Source: Octopus vulgaris (Eukaryota). Taken from it: DNA of 64,000 nucleotides. Below are positions 22,908 through 36,228 of the stretch, piece by piece (positions within the stretch are counted from its first letter, which is position 1; each line of letters starts with the position of its first letter). The stretch spans positions 54,436,001-54,500,000 of the forward strand of contig OX597831.1 of NCBI GenBank assembly GCA_951406725.2. The letters are read 5' to 3'. The notes beneath the pieces were generated by a model. The model saw nothing but the letters and a program-made list of their open reading frames with translations, was not told the DNA's origin and did not search any database. Both the position numbers and the translations under genes were made by a program.

Positions 22908-24422
22908 TAGACATGCACACCACCACCAATCATCCACTGGTGCATGCTTGCAAGGGTTGGATGGAATTTCTTGAGGCAGATTTTTATAGCAAGATCCCTT
23001 ACCTGTCACTAACATTCACCTGCTTCCAAGTAAGGTGATTGTTCTCTATGACCCGACATGTTTTCATGGAAGATTGGAAATGAAGACACAACTATCACAT
23101 GATGTCAAAGCAAGCAGACAGTAACACACGCACACACACACACACACCGTGTGTAGTAAGTTCGCTGTCATCAATTCACTGTTTTTTTTTATAAATTAGT
23201 TTTTAGCTGTTAATGGTGGGATACTGTGGATATATTTTCTCGGTAATCTTAGCTCATGGTGGACTTTCCTCAGAGAATTGATGGCAATGAACTTACCTGT
23301 AATACACACACACACACAAACAACAAAAATCTGTTGGGCTTCTTTAAGTTTCTATTTGCTAAATCCACTCACAAAGCTGTGACTGGTTCAGGGCTATCAT
23401 AGACAAAACTTGCCCAGTGTGTCACACAGTGGGACTGAATCCAAAGCCATGTGGTTGTGAAGCAAACTTCTTACCACACAGCCATGCCTGCACCTGTATA
23501 TAAACACTAACTGTGAAACTATTCCAGTTGCCTTAGGGCCTTTTGAGAAAAGCTCACAGCTAAGTCTTGTCTTCTTCCATGATTTTTTTCTCACTATTCC
23601 CATCACTTTCTTCATCTCTTCATTATTGTCTTTCACTCTTTACTATTTTATTTATGTTAATTACTGTGTATTTTCTTCATTAGAGAGAAAGCAATCATTT
23701 TGAAAATATCACCATTTATCCTACTCTTGCAGGATTGGTTGCTTATTTGGCTAGCTTCGACATCTCTACTTCTTATTACTTGACTCTTTCTTCTAAGACA
23801 GACTCCATCTGGAAGAGACATTGTTCATTATGCTGTAGAGAAAGTGACTTGTCTAACCATGAATAAAGACAATATAGAATTGAAAAATTTTCTTGTCATG
23901 CAAAATGATATTAATCCCTTAGTTAATTAGGGTGTGCATGATGCTGTTGTCAGCAGTGTCTGGTACAAATCATCATCACCATTAACTTCTGTTGCAGGTG
24001 TAAAGAGATTGCAATAATGGGAGTGGGAAATTACATTAGATGGGGTAAGTAATGGAAATGAAAAAGAGTCCTGAAGTGATTACAGGAGAATTAGGATATG
24101 GCGTTTGAGTTTGAGCAGGCCATGTCTATACATGACCTCCTTTTGTTTAAGGTATATAAAGGGAGTGAGTGACAGGATAGCAATGATACAGTGAATTTAG
24201 CGAGCATTCTATTGCCTATCATCTGCAACATGGTCCTCATTGAGAAATCTAGTGCTGAATTGCAGAAAAGGACCTAAAACATTGTCACGACAAAGGCTAA
24301 AAACTTGAAATCATCATTGTTTAACATCTGCTTTCCATGCTGGCATGGGTTGGATGGTTTGACATGGAGCTGGCTAGCAGGGAGCTAACCAGATTTCAGC
24401 TGTCTGTTGAGGCATGGTTTCT

Positions 24423-24654
24423 TATTTCTTTATTGCCCACAAGGGGCTAAACACAGAGGGGACAAACAAGGACAGACAAATGGATTAAGTCGATTACATC
24501 AAACCTAGTGCATAAGTGGTACTTAATTTATCGACCCTGAAAGGATGAAAGGCAATGTCAACCTCGGCGGAATTTGAACTCAGAATGTAACGGCAGACGA
24601 AATACCGCTAAGCATTTCGCCTGGCGTGCTAACAATTCTGCCAGCTCACTGCCT
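24423..24654 (-). mobile_element. SINE-D nested in an RTE 3' UTR fragment (24311-24830)
   Basis: 16-bp TSD TTGAGGCATGGTTTCT at 24407-24422 and 24657-24672. Confidence 0.9.
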
Positions 24655-25384
24655 TTTTGAGGCATGGTTTCTATGGCTGGATGCCTTTCCTAATGCCAAC
24701 CATTTAGCAGAGTATGCTAGGTACTTTTCACATGCCACTGGCATGGGTGCTTTTTAAGTGGTACCAGCACCTGAAAGGACAAGCCTGTATGTGTAGAAGA
24801 CAGCAGTTTTACTTAGCTTGTATCAAGTACAGCAAATTGCCACATCTCCTGGAAATATTGGGGGATATTGCATCCTGATGGTGTCTGAGAAGTGGCTTTA
24901 TTCAATATGCTTGAAAGGAATAAGAAATTCAGTACTACACAAAAGTAGTAGATTGATGGGGAACCAGAAACTTTTAGTGCACTTGATATTGTGGACTAGT
25001 TAACTATGAAAATGACCTTGAAATGATTCTAAACAGCTCCTTTTTTTTTTTTTTTTTTTTTGCATGAAAGTATGTGTTATGCCACTTAAATAATATAATA
25101 GATGTTGGAGAGGACTCTAGTGAATGTATTGTGACTAGAGTACACATGGAGGGAAATTTATATATCTGTTACATGAAAATAGTTTCTCTGTCTAGATAAA
25201 AAGCAGTCTACATAAATGCATGGCCAATGTTATATCATAAATATGGAGCATGAGTAATAAATGCGAAAGAGTTACAGCAACTAGAAATGTATGGATAGGG
25301 TGTGTCTTGTCTATCAAACATAAGATATTAGTAATATCAAAAATAAAATATTATGGGGAAGGCTGGGTGTTAAAATTTGGCTCT

Positions 25385-25525
25385 GTGATCAAAGGCATTC
25401 CAACCATGACCATCCTGTCGTTTTGTATATATCTAGCACTATATCCTTTTAAGATGGCAGGATATGATGTAAAAGAGACTTGGCTGCGATTTCTAGTTGG
25501 TAAAGTAACCATGTAGAGACTGCCT
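25385..25525 (+). repeat. Unclassified old interspersed repeat (family F)
   Basis: GATCAAAGGCATTCCAACCATGACCATCC...GAGA(C/T)TTGG(C/T)TGC..TTTCTAG recurs at ~29195-29380(-), 36950-37290 (two tandem copies) and ~52500-52620. Confidence 0.55.
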
Positions 25526-26377
25526 CTTTAAATCCTTTGGCTTTTGCTGGATATCAGAGCTTTTTGTTGGAGTGTTAATGGATGACAGTCGACATGGTGT
25601 GTGCTTATAATATATAATCAATATTTACCGAGAAAAATGTGTAGTGATTCGACAGTGTGTTTGTACTTGCAGACTCACAAATGTTTTCTAAAAATTAACC
25701 CTTTGTTCTGCTGTGTTTGTTATTTTTTCTACTCTGCTACAAAACTGTCCTGAACTGGCTGTCCATACATCATCATCATCATCATCATCCCTCTTTCCAT
25801 GCTAGCATGGGTTGGACAGTTCAACAGGAACTGATGAGCCAGATGACTTGCACTGAGCTCCAATGTCTGTTTTGACATGGTTTCTTCTGCTGGATACTCT
25901 TCCTAACATCAACCACTTTACAGAGTGAACTGGGCGTTTTTTTATGTGATTCCAACACTAGCAAGGTCACCGAGCACTTAGAAGACAAGACCAATTCCTC
26001 TCGTCAACTGAGTGTAGTATGGTATTAATGGAGGTGAAAGTATCACAAAGGGACGGGAAGAGGTCTTACTGAAGACAAAAATATATAGCTTCTCCAGCTG
26101 GAGAGAGAGAGAGAGAGAGAGAGAAATGGTAAGGGTGCAGCCTCAAGGTACAAAGTGAATATGAGCAAGAGAGTAGAGATAGAGGACCAGAAAGGGTGGG
26201 TGGACAGGATAGGTAGGTTTGTGAAAGTGTGAAAGGAGTATGACAAATTATCAGACATGGGGACAAATAATAGACATTGGACACAATGAATAACAGTTTC
26301 TTCTTTTATTCCTTACCCACAAAATATTACTTCCATCAGACTAGTGAATACTTTTACCCAAATTGTAGTTGTGGCCA

Positions 26378-26665
26378 GTGCTGGTGGCGTGTAGAAAACA
26401 GCTGGTGACATGGAATGCACCCATGATGGCGATACATGGAAGGCACCTATGCTGGTGACATGCGGAAGGCATCCATGCTAGTGACATGCGGAAGGCACCC
26501 ATGCTGGTGACATGCGGAAGGCACTCATGTCTGTGACATGTGGAAGGCACCCATGCTGGTGACATGTAGAAGGCACTCATGTCTGTGACATGCGGAATGC
26601 ACCCATGCCGGTAACATGCAGATGGCACTCATGCTGGTGGCGCGTTAAAGGCACCTGGTACACTC
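26378..26665 (+). repeat. 26-bp minisatellite (~10 units) inside an RTE 3' UTR copy that ends at ~26783
   Basis: Unit GCTGGTGACATGCGGAAGGCACCCAT in tandem with no spacers. Confidence 0.92.
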
Positions 26666-27044
26666 TGTAGAGCGGTTGGTGTTAGGAAGGGCATCAAGCC
26701 ATAGAAACCAAACCAAAATAGACTAGAGCTGGTGCAGCTCATCAGTTTACCAGTTTCAGTCAAACCCATGTCATGATGATGATCCTGCCTCTTCACTTTT
26801 TTCCTAGAGTTTCTTTATAATCCATACTTTCCACTCATCTGCAGACATTAAAAGTAAACACTGACCGAATTAGCATCATCATATTATTCCCCTTACCCAG
26901 TCTAAGAAGACTTGAAATCATTATAGGCAGTATTCCTTTATCTGATTAACCTCTAAGTAAAAAAAAAAATTGGAAACTTGATCCTCATATACCAGAATGG
27001 AAATAGAAGATACAATTAGGCTTCAATGGATTACATAAGTTATC

Positions 27045-27960
27045 TAAAATTTATGTTCTGAGTTCAAATCCCATTGAGTATTAACAGTATCTTTTATTCT
27101 TCCACATCATTAAAATAAGTACTAGGTTTGCTTATATCAAACCCAGTACATATTTTTCCCACCTTGGAAAATTTTCAGTCCTGTGATTTTGTTAGAAATT
27201 ATCATTATTCTTATTCATCTTATTGATGTCAGAAGAGAATTGGTTTGACAGAATTGTTTGCATTTCAGACTTGTATTTCTTCCAGCTTTTTATGTTCTGA
27301 GTTCAGTTCTTGCCAAGGTCATTTTGCCTTTCATCTCCCTGGGGCTGATATAATACAGTACCAGCCAAGTACTAGGGTTGATGTAACCAACTGTCACCAA
27401 ATTTCACACCTTGTGCTTAAATTAGAAACAGTTAAAGTGGTGTCAGAAGGGCATTGGATCAGGAGAATTACTAGAGCATCAGACAAAAAGGCTTTGTGTT
27501 ATTTGTTATGGCTTTTTATGTTCTGAGTTCAAATCATGCCATGGTCAACTTTGCCTTTTTTTCTCCATGGGGTTCAGTAGTATAAAGTTCCAGTCATGGT
27601 ACTGACTAATTCCCATCCCGTAAAGTTGCTGGGCTTGTGCCTAAATTATTATTATTGGTATTGAATAAAATTCTTTCTAGCTAATTCTTCACTTTACATT
27701 AAGTACCAGTCAAGTACTGGGGTCGGTGTTATGAGCTAGCCTCCTCCCAACAAAATTCAGGCTTTGTGCTTATATTAGAATTATTATTGGTTGGAGTGGC
27801 TGGAGGAATGTTCAGTTACATTCCTCTACTGAGTTCAAATTACCTTTTATCCTTCTGAAGTTGATAAATAAGTGTCAAATAATAGGCTGGTTATTTTCTT
27901 AACTACATCCATATTTTACAATTTGTGGCTTTCAGCCAAAGCTAGAAATCATTATTGTTG
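27045..27960 (+). mobile_element. Head-to-tail cluster of about 5 degenerate SINE-D copies
   Basis: CTGAGTTCA(A/G) B-box segment at ~27058, 27297, 27523 and 27829; tails ..CTTGTGC..ATTAGAAA..ATT repeated. Confidence 0.7.
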
Positions 27961-29639
27961 ACCTTTTCATGTTACCAAAGATTGCTGCATTTCTAATGAT
28001 TAATGGATTAATGGACAAAAATGTCCCATTAATTTCTCTCCAGGATTTCTCTTTGAATTCTTTTTGACTTTATAGGGTTAAAAACACTTTTTTGTTTTTT
28101 GTATTAGATAATAATGAAAACGGGCATGGCTGTGTGGTAAGAAGTTTGCTTCCCAATCACATAGTTTTGAGTTCACTCCTACTGGTATTCTGGACAAGTG
28201 ACTTCACTTATACCCCTCAGCCGATCAAAGCCTTTGAGAATGGATTAAGGAGACAGAAACTGAAAGAAGCTCATCATATGTGTGTGCATGTGCATGCCTT
28301 GGTTTTGACATCACTGCTTGTATGAGTATCAGTCATACTAGCAGTGTCATTCGTTTTCAGTATTCTACGAGAACATTCCTGGTCATGGGGAAATGTTATC
28401 TTGCTTGCAAATAGAGGTTTGGTGACAGGAAAGCATTCAATCAGCTATAGAAAGTCTGTCTCAAATAAAAACTCTGTCCAATCTATGGAAAAGCAGATGT
28501 TAAATGATGATGATGATGATGATTGTCAAGCGACTTAGAATAGTAATAAATGAAATGGAAGTAATAATACTAAATGTTAGGTGTGACAGCATGTGTTGTC
28601 AGAAGCCATTCACTGTGAATTTATTAGCATAATGTTTGCTTATACAGACGTATGGGAAAAAAAAACAAAATACCCCATTTAAAAAAAAAAAAGTACAATA
28701 ATATATAGAGCAGGTATTAGATCTTTCTATTACAAGAAGTGGGGTAATATCACAAGCAAACTTTGTTGTTGTGGTGGTGGGACAGGTATTGTAGGACACA
28801 AATTTATCACAAGTAAACTGGTGTCTATTCTTTTGGCTAAGTAAACTGAGGAAAGTAAACTTTTTCTCTAGTCACATTCTCTAGCCTTGTATTCTTTGTG
28901 GGTGAGAAGTTCTTGACCAGACGATATCTACCAATGACATTCTTCAGATATTTGGCCATGAAACAATGAAAGATAGTGTCATTCTTGATTACTTATGTTG
29001 CCTTATAAATATTGTGAGAAATGCAGTGGAAGAAAAGGTAACAAGAAGAAATATCTAAATAATTTTAACTGAATCAATTGCTAGTTGTCAACCTTATTCG
29101 GAAGATCTAATAGGCTGTGAGGGTCAGGGATTGACCTATTTCTGGGAAAGTCAAAATTACTGTTCATCACCCTCTATATCGCTTAGACAACCAAAGCAAC
29201 TAAGGAATCTCTCATGGTTACTAAACCTGTTAGATATAGTAGCCAATTCTCCCTCCAGATCACATTCTACTGATTTAGGGAAAAGTAATATAATCCTGGA
29301 TACTCTTGGAAAGACTGGATAGTTAAAACCTGGACACATTTAATCATAGATCTATTTGATCAGGGCTGACCTGGAGTTCATATCATTGCTAACAGCCTAA
29401 GCTTTTGGTACTTTGCCTGGAGGATTTCTACTCACTTTTTAACCAACTACAATGAATACATATACTCTCACTTTCTCTCTCTCACACACACAAAAACTCT
29501 TGAGCTTTCCTCAAATTTATCCTCCGTTCCAACTGTCTCATCATGCCTTACAGGCAAGTGTTGAGTGTAAATTTTCTCTAATCATTTTAAGCTAACACAC
29601 AAACTGTGCTCAGAATTATTTCCAAACATTGTATTCCAA

Positions 29640-30050
29640 ATACTTTTCAGGATCTTCACTCTTTCCCAACCTTTTTATCTTATCAATGACCATCAATAGT
29701 TTCTGTTGACTAGTATCCACCAGACATGTCCTCATCTGTCACACACCAGCAGTTCTCTTAGTCTTAACTCTTTTGGTAAAAGCAATGCATTCATCTTTGA
29801 TATCCTCAAAGCCTTTGACCATGTCTTGCATTAGAATCCACTTGATGAGTTACCTCCTTGTGCAATCCATTTGTTGCTCAACTCTTCCTCTATGTAAGTT
29901 TCCATTACAATGTGTATTGATGGAGCTTTCTCCATCTCATATGTTATCAATGCTGGTTGCTCCAAGATTTTGTTGTCTCCACATCTATCCTTCCATGTGT
30001 ACATTAACAATCTTTTTGCTGTTTTCTAATCCTCTCTTACACATGTGCAG
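29640..30050 (+). pseudogene. Highly decayed CR1/Jockey-group RT fragment
   Basis: Across frameshifts: D-I-x-KAFDHVLH at ~29800-29831 and INAG..(QGS-like)..LSPHL..YINNL at ~29946-30014. Confidence 0.55.
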
Positions 30051-31789
30051 AATAAACTACTTTTAATTCCTCCCTAATGGTTCACATGTAATGTCATCTG
30101 ATAGATCACCTGTAAAATATATACTGTTTCTGTGAAAGAAAACTTGGTAAAAAAAAATCCTTCATTTACAACCTAGTCTCTTTCATCATAGCCATAGCTC
30201 TGCTTTCTATTCTTTCGTAACACACCCATCTCTTTTCTGAACATCCTCTGAAACCCATCATTAAACATCTTACTCTAACTCTCTTCTCAGCTGCAACCCT
30301 CTCCAAAACCTGACTCACCCACGTTTTCACTATAGATGTTGCCATACAAAATTCATACTGAATATCACCTGTGTCAACCTTGCTAGTCTAGAAGAGTCTG
30401 CAATTATCATCACGGATGCTGCCAAATAAAAAAAAAAATTTATAGCATTAATTTGAGATGGAAATAGTCTGTGAGCCTGTTGCACTTTGTTCTTCCTCAA
30501 ATTTGTGCTTATATTATATAATTTACATTAAAATCTTAGTTAGCTGTTTTGAATTTTTCATGTTCATATTTGTAGGGTTAATCCTTGTCACAAATAGTGA
30601 CCCAAAGTGGGCCAGTTTACTCTAGTAGACAATATCTTATGTGGCTAGCACTAAGTGGCTGATGAATTATCTGTGAAACAAGAGATAAGGACATAGCTGA
30701 ACAGTGAGCTAATTATTATACAGTGTTGCTGTTTTTATTTTCCTGCAACAAATTAGGTTATTATTCCGGTTCCGAAAGTAAGTGACATCAAGAGCACTAT
30801 AAAAGTCTTGCTGTAAAATATAATCTTATGACCCATACACTATAAGTCTTGTATTTTATATCATTGTTTACAATCATCACTCTGAATCTATTGAGCTACA
30901 CTCTATTTTAATCTACTGATTCCCTCTGGCATCCAGTACTAAATGTATTTAGCCATAAACATTGTCCTCTAATCTGCAAGTTAAAATCCAGGCAGAATTA
31001 TTTCACTCTAATTATCAGATATATGATTTAACATCTCAATTTTATATTATAATACATTAGGTATCAACATCAGTTTACTTTTAGTTTTCAAAATATAATT
31101 ATTTTGGGTGTCATCTTCAAGGAGCATGTCCCTCAGTTTAGGGACTATTTTTACACTGGACAGCCGTTAGGTAAAAGATATATTTTAGTATAATTCAGTA
31201 TATATTATCATTGGATAATTTGTTTCTTTTCTGATGAAGATGAGCTGCTATCCATCATCATCGTCATTTAATGTCCATTTTCCATGATGGCATGGGCTGG
31301 ACGGTTTGACTGAAAACTGGTTAGCTGGGGAGCTGCACCAGGCTCCAATCTGATTTGGCATGGTTTCTACTGCTGGATGCTCTTCCTAACTCCAACCACT
31401 CTGAGAGTGTAATGAATGGTTTTTACTTGCTACCAGCATGGGTGCCAGGTATGCATATCACCAAAGGTCTCAGTCACTTGTCACTGCCTCTGTGACGCCC
31501 AACGTTCAAATGGTGCTTTCTACATGCCACCGGCATGAGTGCCAGTTACGCGACACTGGCATCAGCCATGACTATGATTTCACTTGGCTTGATGGGTCTT
31601 CTCAAGCATGGCATATCACCCAACGTTTTTCTTCTCATCTGAAGGCTAAAGTTCTTTGGTCTAATTTTGTTTGGGAAGCTTATGCATCATTCAAATCATA
31701 TTGTAAATCAATTAGGGTTAAATTGGGATTCAAAATGTTTTAAGTGCCACAATTGCAGCAAGCATTTCACTAATGTATTGCATACATTA

Positions 31790-32700
31790 TGGATTTTTTA
31801 AGGTGGATGAGGAATTTTTTTCCCAAATAAGCTCTTTGATCTTCTGTGATGTGATCTTTGCAGTGTGGGGTCGTGCATTGTCCTGATGAAACATCATTCC
31901 TTTTCGATTCACTAAAGTGGGTATTTTTTACTTCTACTTTTTGGTTCAAACGCTTTAATTGCTGACAGTAGACTTGAGCATTGATTGTTGCATTAGGTGG
32001 TAACAACTCAAAGTGAATTACTCCTTTGCAATCCCACCAGATAGAGAGAAAACCCCTTTTCCTTCTCGGTTGTGGTTGAGCTTTTTTTCCTTTTACCAAG
32101 CCACTGTTTACGATGTTCAACATTTCGATAGAAGATCTATATTTCGTCACTAGTCACAAGTCTATCCAAAAAGGGCGAAATGAGTTCGCGAGAATGGCGA
32201 GAAGAGTAGATGTCAACTCGGGATTTGCGGTTGCTTTCAGACAATTCATGAGGCACCCATTTTCCAAGTTTAGGAACCTTTCCTTATCAACTGATAATGC
32301 TTCAAGGAGCTTATGAAACTCAACTGGACGTCCTGTTCGATCTTCATCTTCAAGGCTGAAATCTCCACTTCTGAATTTTGCAAACCATCTTTTGCAAGTT
32401 CTTTCATTCAAGCATTCTTTCCCATAAACTGAGTGCATGTTTCAAGTCACTTTGGCTGCAGAGTTTCCTTTTCTGTACTCATAAAGCATTATGTGCCTTA
32501 AATGCTCTTTGGTTACTTCCATGTTAGAAAGGGTTTTAATCGAAGAAATTTTAATTCTATTAGTCTGTAAAATAATATTTAATTAGTTTAAATGTACACA
32601 AATGCATAAAAATAATTTTTAATTCCATTAGACATTATAAAATATTATTAAATTTCATTCAATTTTAAAAAAGGTAAAATCGGACAGAACTTATGGGATA
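31790..32700 (-). mobile_element. mariner transposon relic with disrupted transposase
   Basis: ATG at 32522: MEVTKEHLRHIMLYEYRKGNSAAK..*..VYGKECLNERTCKRWFAKFRSGDFSLEDEDRTGRP (HTH), then SIWWDCKGVIHFELLPPNATINAQVYCQQL (catalytic domain); stops, deletions and 3' truncation. Confidence 0.9.
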
Positions 32701-33686
32701 TATAGATATGTATATATAAAATCATTATTTTATACCTGTTTTTCCATGTTGGCATGAATTGGCAAATATCTTCCAGTATAGCCCTGGGGTGACCAAAGCC
32801 TTGTGAGTGGATTTGGTAGATGGATACTGAGAGAAGCCTGTCGTGTGTGTGTGTGAGAGAGAGAGAGAGAGGGTTTGTGTCTCCTTGTCTTTACGTCATG
32901 TGATAGTTGTAAATGAGTATCACTGTCATAAGTAGTGTCGTTCATTTCCAATATTCTGCAAGACCATGTTTGGCTTTGGGAAAATGCCTGAAAGCTGATG
33001 AGATTTGGTGACAGGGAAGGCATCAGGCTACAAATAATCTGCCTTAATAAACTCTGTTCAAGCTATGCAAGCATGGAACAGTGGATGTTAATATGATGAT
33101 ATATATTGTTGCATGTCCAAATTTGGCCAAATGTGTTTTTTTTTTTTTTTTTTTCAATATTTATTTTTGCTTGCAATAGCCAGTTCTTTTGATCAAACTA
33201 TTGTATCTTCAGTTACTTCAGATGCCAACATATCAAAAATTGTCAAAAAGTGTGATACAATGGTTTTGCAATGGAAGCTATTTTCTGAAAAAGCAATGTT
33301 TTGGACTTACAACACTTTTGCATAATGGCAGTTGAATGTACTTTAATAATCATAGTTCTTTCTTTGAACGCAAATTGTTTTTTATATCTCATGCTAACAT
33401 GTGTTAAGCAGGTGCAATGAACAATGATCAAATATTCACATTTGGATATTCTATGTTCTTTTGGAATACCTGTTTCCCCCACTCTTAGCTACTCTCTATC
33501 ATAAAGAAATGTTTGTACATTTTATCTAGGTTTCTTGCTAAGAAAAGTAAAGAAAGCTCTACTTGGCTCAAGGACAAAATAATATGTATTTGAAGGCCAT
33601 GACTCCCCCACCTCTGTCATTCTTAATTGGTTGGCTAAGTCAATCTGTTTATAATTATTTAGATTACTTCTATAGCTGATGTTTAA

Positions 33687-33907
33687 CCCTTTCACATTCA
33701 GGTTACTCTGTCAAATATAATGCTTGTGTATTTACATTGCTTTCAGTTAATCATGCATTGTCTTGTAGTTTCAGGATTTTGATGATGTAATTGTGTATTT
33801 TTAGAGTGACATTATAAAGTATGTGTGAAAGGTTGGATCTAGCTAGTTTGGACATAAAACAGGTAGGATATTTGGAGCTGGATTACACTGGTTTGAAGGC
33901 TAAAGAG
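33687..33907. mobile_element. piggyBac-like MITE (TTAA-flanked); second partial copy at ~54935-55132
   Basis: TTAA|CCCTTTCACATTCA ... TGAAGGCTAAAGAG|TTAA; internal TTAATCATGCATT..ACATAAAACAGGTA shared with the second copy. Confidence 0.72.
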
Positions 33908-35037
33908 TTAAAATGCCGAAACATTTTCTTCTGTATTCTCAGTTTCACATTACTGCTAAGTTGTGAGTTTAATGCTCATTATGTGAGTGTGGTTTTATTC
34001 TTCCATTGATAACAAAACTGTGTACAAAAGTGGACATAAAATCTATGATTATGATGTGTGGGATCTTGTGCAATCTTTACATTTAAACAATGTAAAGCTA
34101 ATTGATAATAACTTTCTGATTTTGAAAGGGCTTTCCTCTTAGATGATAGAGAAATCATTTATCTGTGTTGGATATCTCGTTAGTATGATGCAATTAACTA
34201 ATTTAGCTGTTTCCTCTGTTTTGTATGCATGATGTGATATCATGTAGTTAGTTACTTGATTATAGAGATTGTTACATAATTTCCTTTTGCAAGATTGAAC
34301 TTGATAAAAACATTAGCATAATTCTTGCTTTTTGATAAATGATAATTAAAAGGTTCTTTAAAGGAATAACATGTTATTAGATTACAGAATGTTGGAGTAA
34401 ACTTAAAAGAAGAAAAAATATTTGCATTGGTTTACTCTGATGTATTAGATATTATTTATATATTATTTATATTAGTATCCAGTTGATCCTTGAAAAAGTA
34501 ATAGTAAGTAGATATGTCCATATGATTAAAAAGTTCATTTTTCCATTAATGTGGGTTCTGCATTTAACCTAATCTGCATCTTGGCAAAAGTCTTCAACCA
34601 TAGCTTTGGGTTGAACAATACCTTGTGAGTGAAGTTTTGTAAATTGACTTTGCAGAACCCTTTTGTATGTGTGTATCCTTTACTTATAATGTATATTGGT
34701 ATTAGAAAACTGAACCAGTATGATTGAACAGAGTACTTTATACTATTTATCCTGCTGAAGGTACAAAGTCTGTCTGGTTGCTCTTGCTTGCTAAAATGCA
34801 GTGGACTAGTGATTGGCCTATCAAAAACTATAACCACAACATTTTTGCTCACAAAATGTTAGATAACATGGAAAAAAAAATACCTTGTCAATATTTTTTA
34901 GGATTTAGGTCATGTATCATTTTGGTGTTGGGAAGTGGAATTAGTATCAGCGCTGTTCTACGGAACTGTTTCAAAAGAGTTCTATACAAGCTGACTTAAA
35001 GTAATGGTTTAAAAAAAAAGACACCATTTTAATTTTT

Positions 35038-35084
35038 TTCATTTTATCTAGTTTCAGCTCACGAGCTGTGGCCATGCTGGGGCA
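35038..35084 (-). mobile_element. Solo extreme 3' tail of the CR1-group LINE
   Basis: ATCTAGTTTCAGCTCACGAGCTGTGGCCATGCTGGGGCA is the exact reverse complement of 49432-49470. Confidence 0.85.
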
Positions 35085-35344
35085 GTGTTTGGATCATAAA
35101 AAGTATTTAAATCTTACAGTCAACATTCTAATCTAGGAATATTTACAAAGCCTGTTTCTTATTGCAGAACTAGTTATAAAGACTGCAGAATTTAAACTCT
35201 AGAAGAATGGTACAGAAGATAACGGCAAAATCCAAAGTATGAGAAAGACCAAAACAACAGGTCACAAAATCCTAGTGCTAGTTGAGAAGTAGCCTTGTTT
35301 GTTTTATAGGGAGTTGCAGTGAGTGCATATAAATGCAATAGGAT

Positions 35345-36228
35345 TTCTGGCAGTTAGTTGCATAACTCCTGCATAGTAAGGGTAAATAATTTAACTAAAA
35401 TTTAAAACTTAACTGAATTCTCAGTTGTGACTTGTCTGTGAATATAAAATATATCAGCTTGACCCACGAAAAGAACAAGTTTTTCATATGTATAACATAA
35501 AAATGTTAAATTGTCTAGCAATCTTTAAATGTTTATTGTCTCAATGATTTAACTGAGTTCATAATTTGTGTGGATTAACATTCAGCAAGTTTCTCATATT
35601 ACAAAGTACTTAGCAGCAAAGTGCTTGAACTCTTCAGAGGGTTTATTATGGTTGTTGTTAGTTTCTGTTATCTAGTGTAGTGATCTGCTAGATGTGTACT
35701 GTTAATTTGCATGAAAGGCTGAGTATAAATGAGTTGGCATTAAAGGGATTGGATTTTTTTATACAGGAAAGACTTTGCTGAAATGGACAGTGAGTGTTGG
35801 TTGAAAATTTGCAATGTGTTGATAGTACAAGGTAATAACAGCACAAGATGTTGGTAGAATTGGTTAAATTTGACTACGTAAGTGGCAGTTTGCCTTACTG
35901 TAAACTGAACCTATCAGTATGAAAAACAAAAACCCTCAAAAAAAAAAACAGATGGCAAAATTCTATTAATTTACAGCAGTTAGTTATATAATTCCTGTAT
36001 AATAGCAGTAAAGAATTTGATTAAAACTAATTGAAACTTGCCTGTGAATATAGAATATATCAGCTTGTCCCATGAAAAGAACAAGTAAGCTTGTTTTCGT
36101 GAAATTGATTTCATGTACAGCATGAAAATGTTAAATTGTCGAGCAATTTTAAATTGTTTATTGTCTCAATGATTTAACTGAGTTCATAATTTGTGTGGAT
36201 AACATTCAGCAAGTTTCTCATATTACAA
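35345..36228. repeat. Local direct duplication, period ~610-630 bp
   Basis: 35430-35604 versus 36036-36228 are highly similar (TGTTTATTGTCTCAATGATTTAACTGAGTTCATAATTTGTGTGGAT is identical); weaker similarity extends upstream. Confidence 0.85.

Noticed and set aside
26378-26665. CRISPR-like regular repeats
   Set aside because: Units are directly adjacent with no unique spacers, there are no cas genes, and the array lies inside a LINE 3' UTR
31770-32522. Domesticated SETMAR-like or active transposase
   Set aside because: In-frame stop, frameshifts, internal deletion and missing C-terminus; no SET domain nearby
35150-35245. Possible exon 2 (TTATTGCAG acceptor, AAA|GTATGA donor)
   Set aside because: The phase-1 frame required by exon 1 hits TAG after 11 codons
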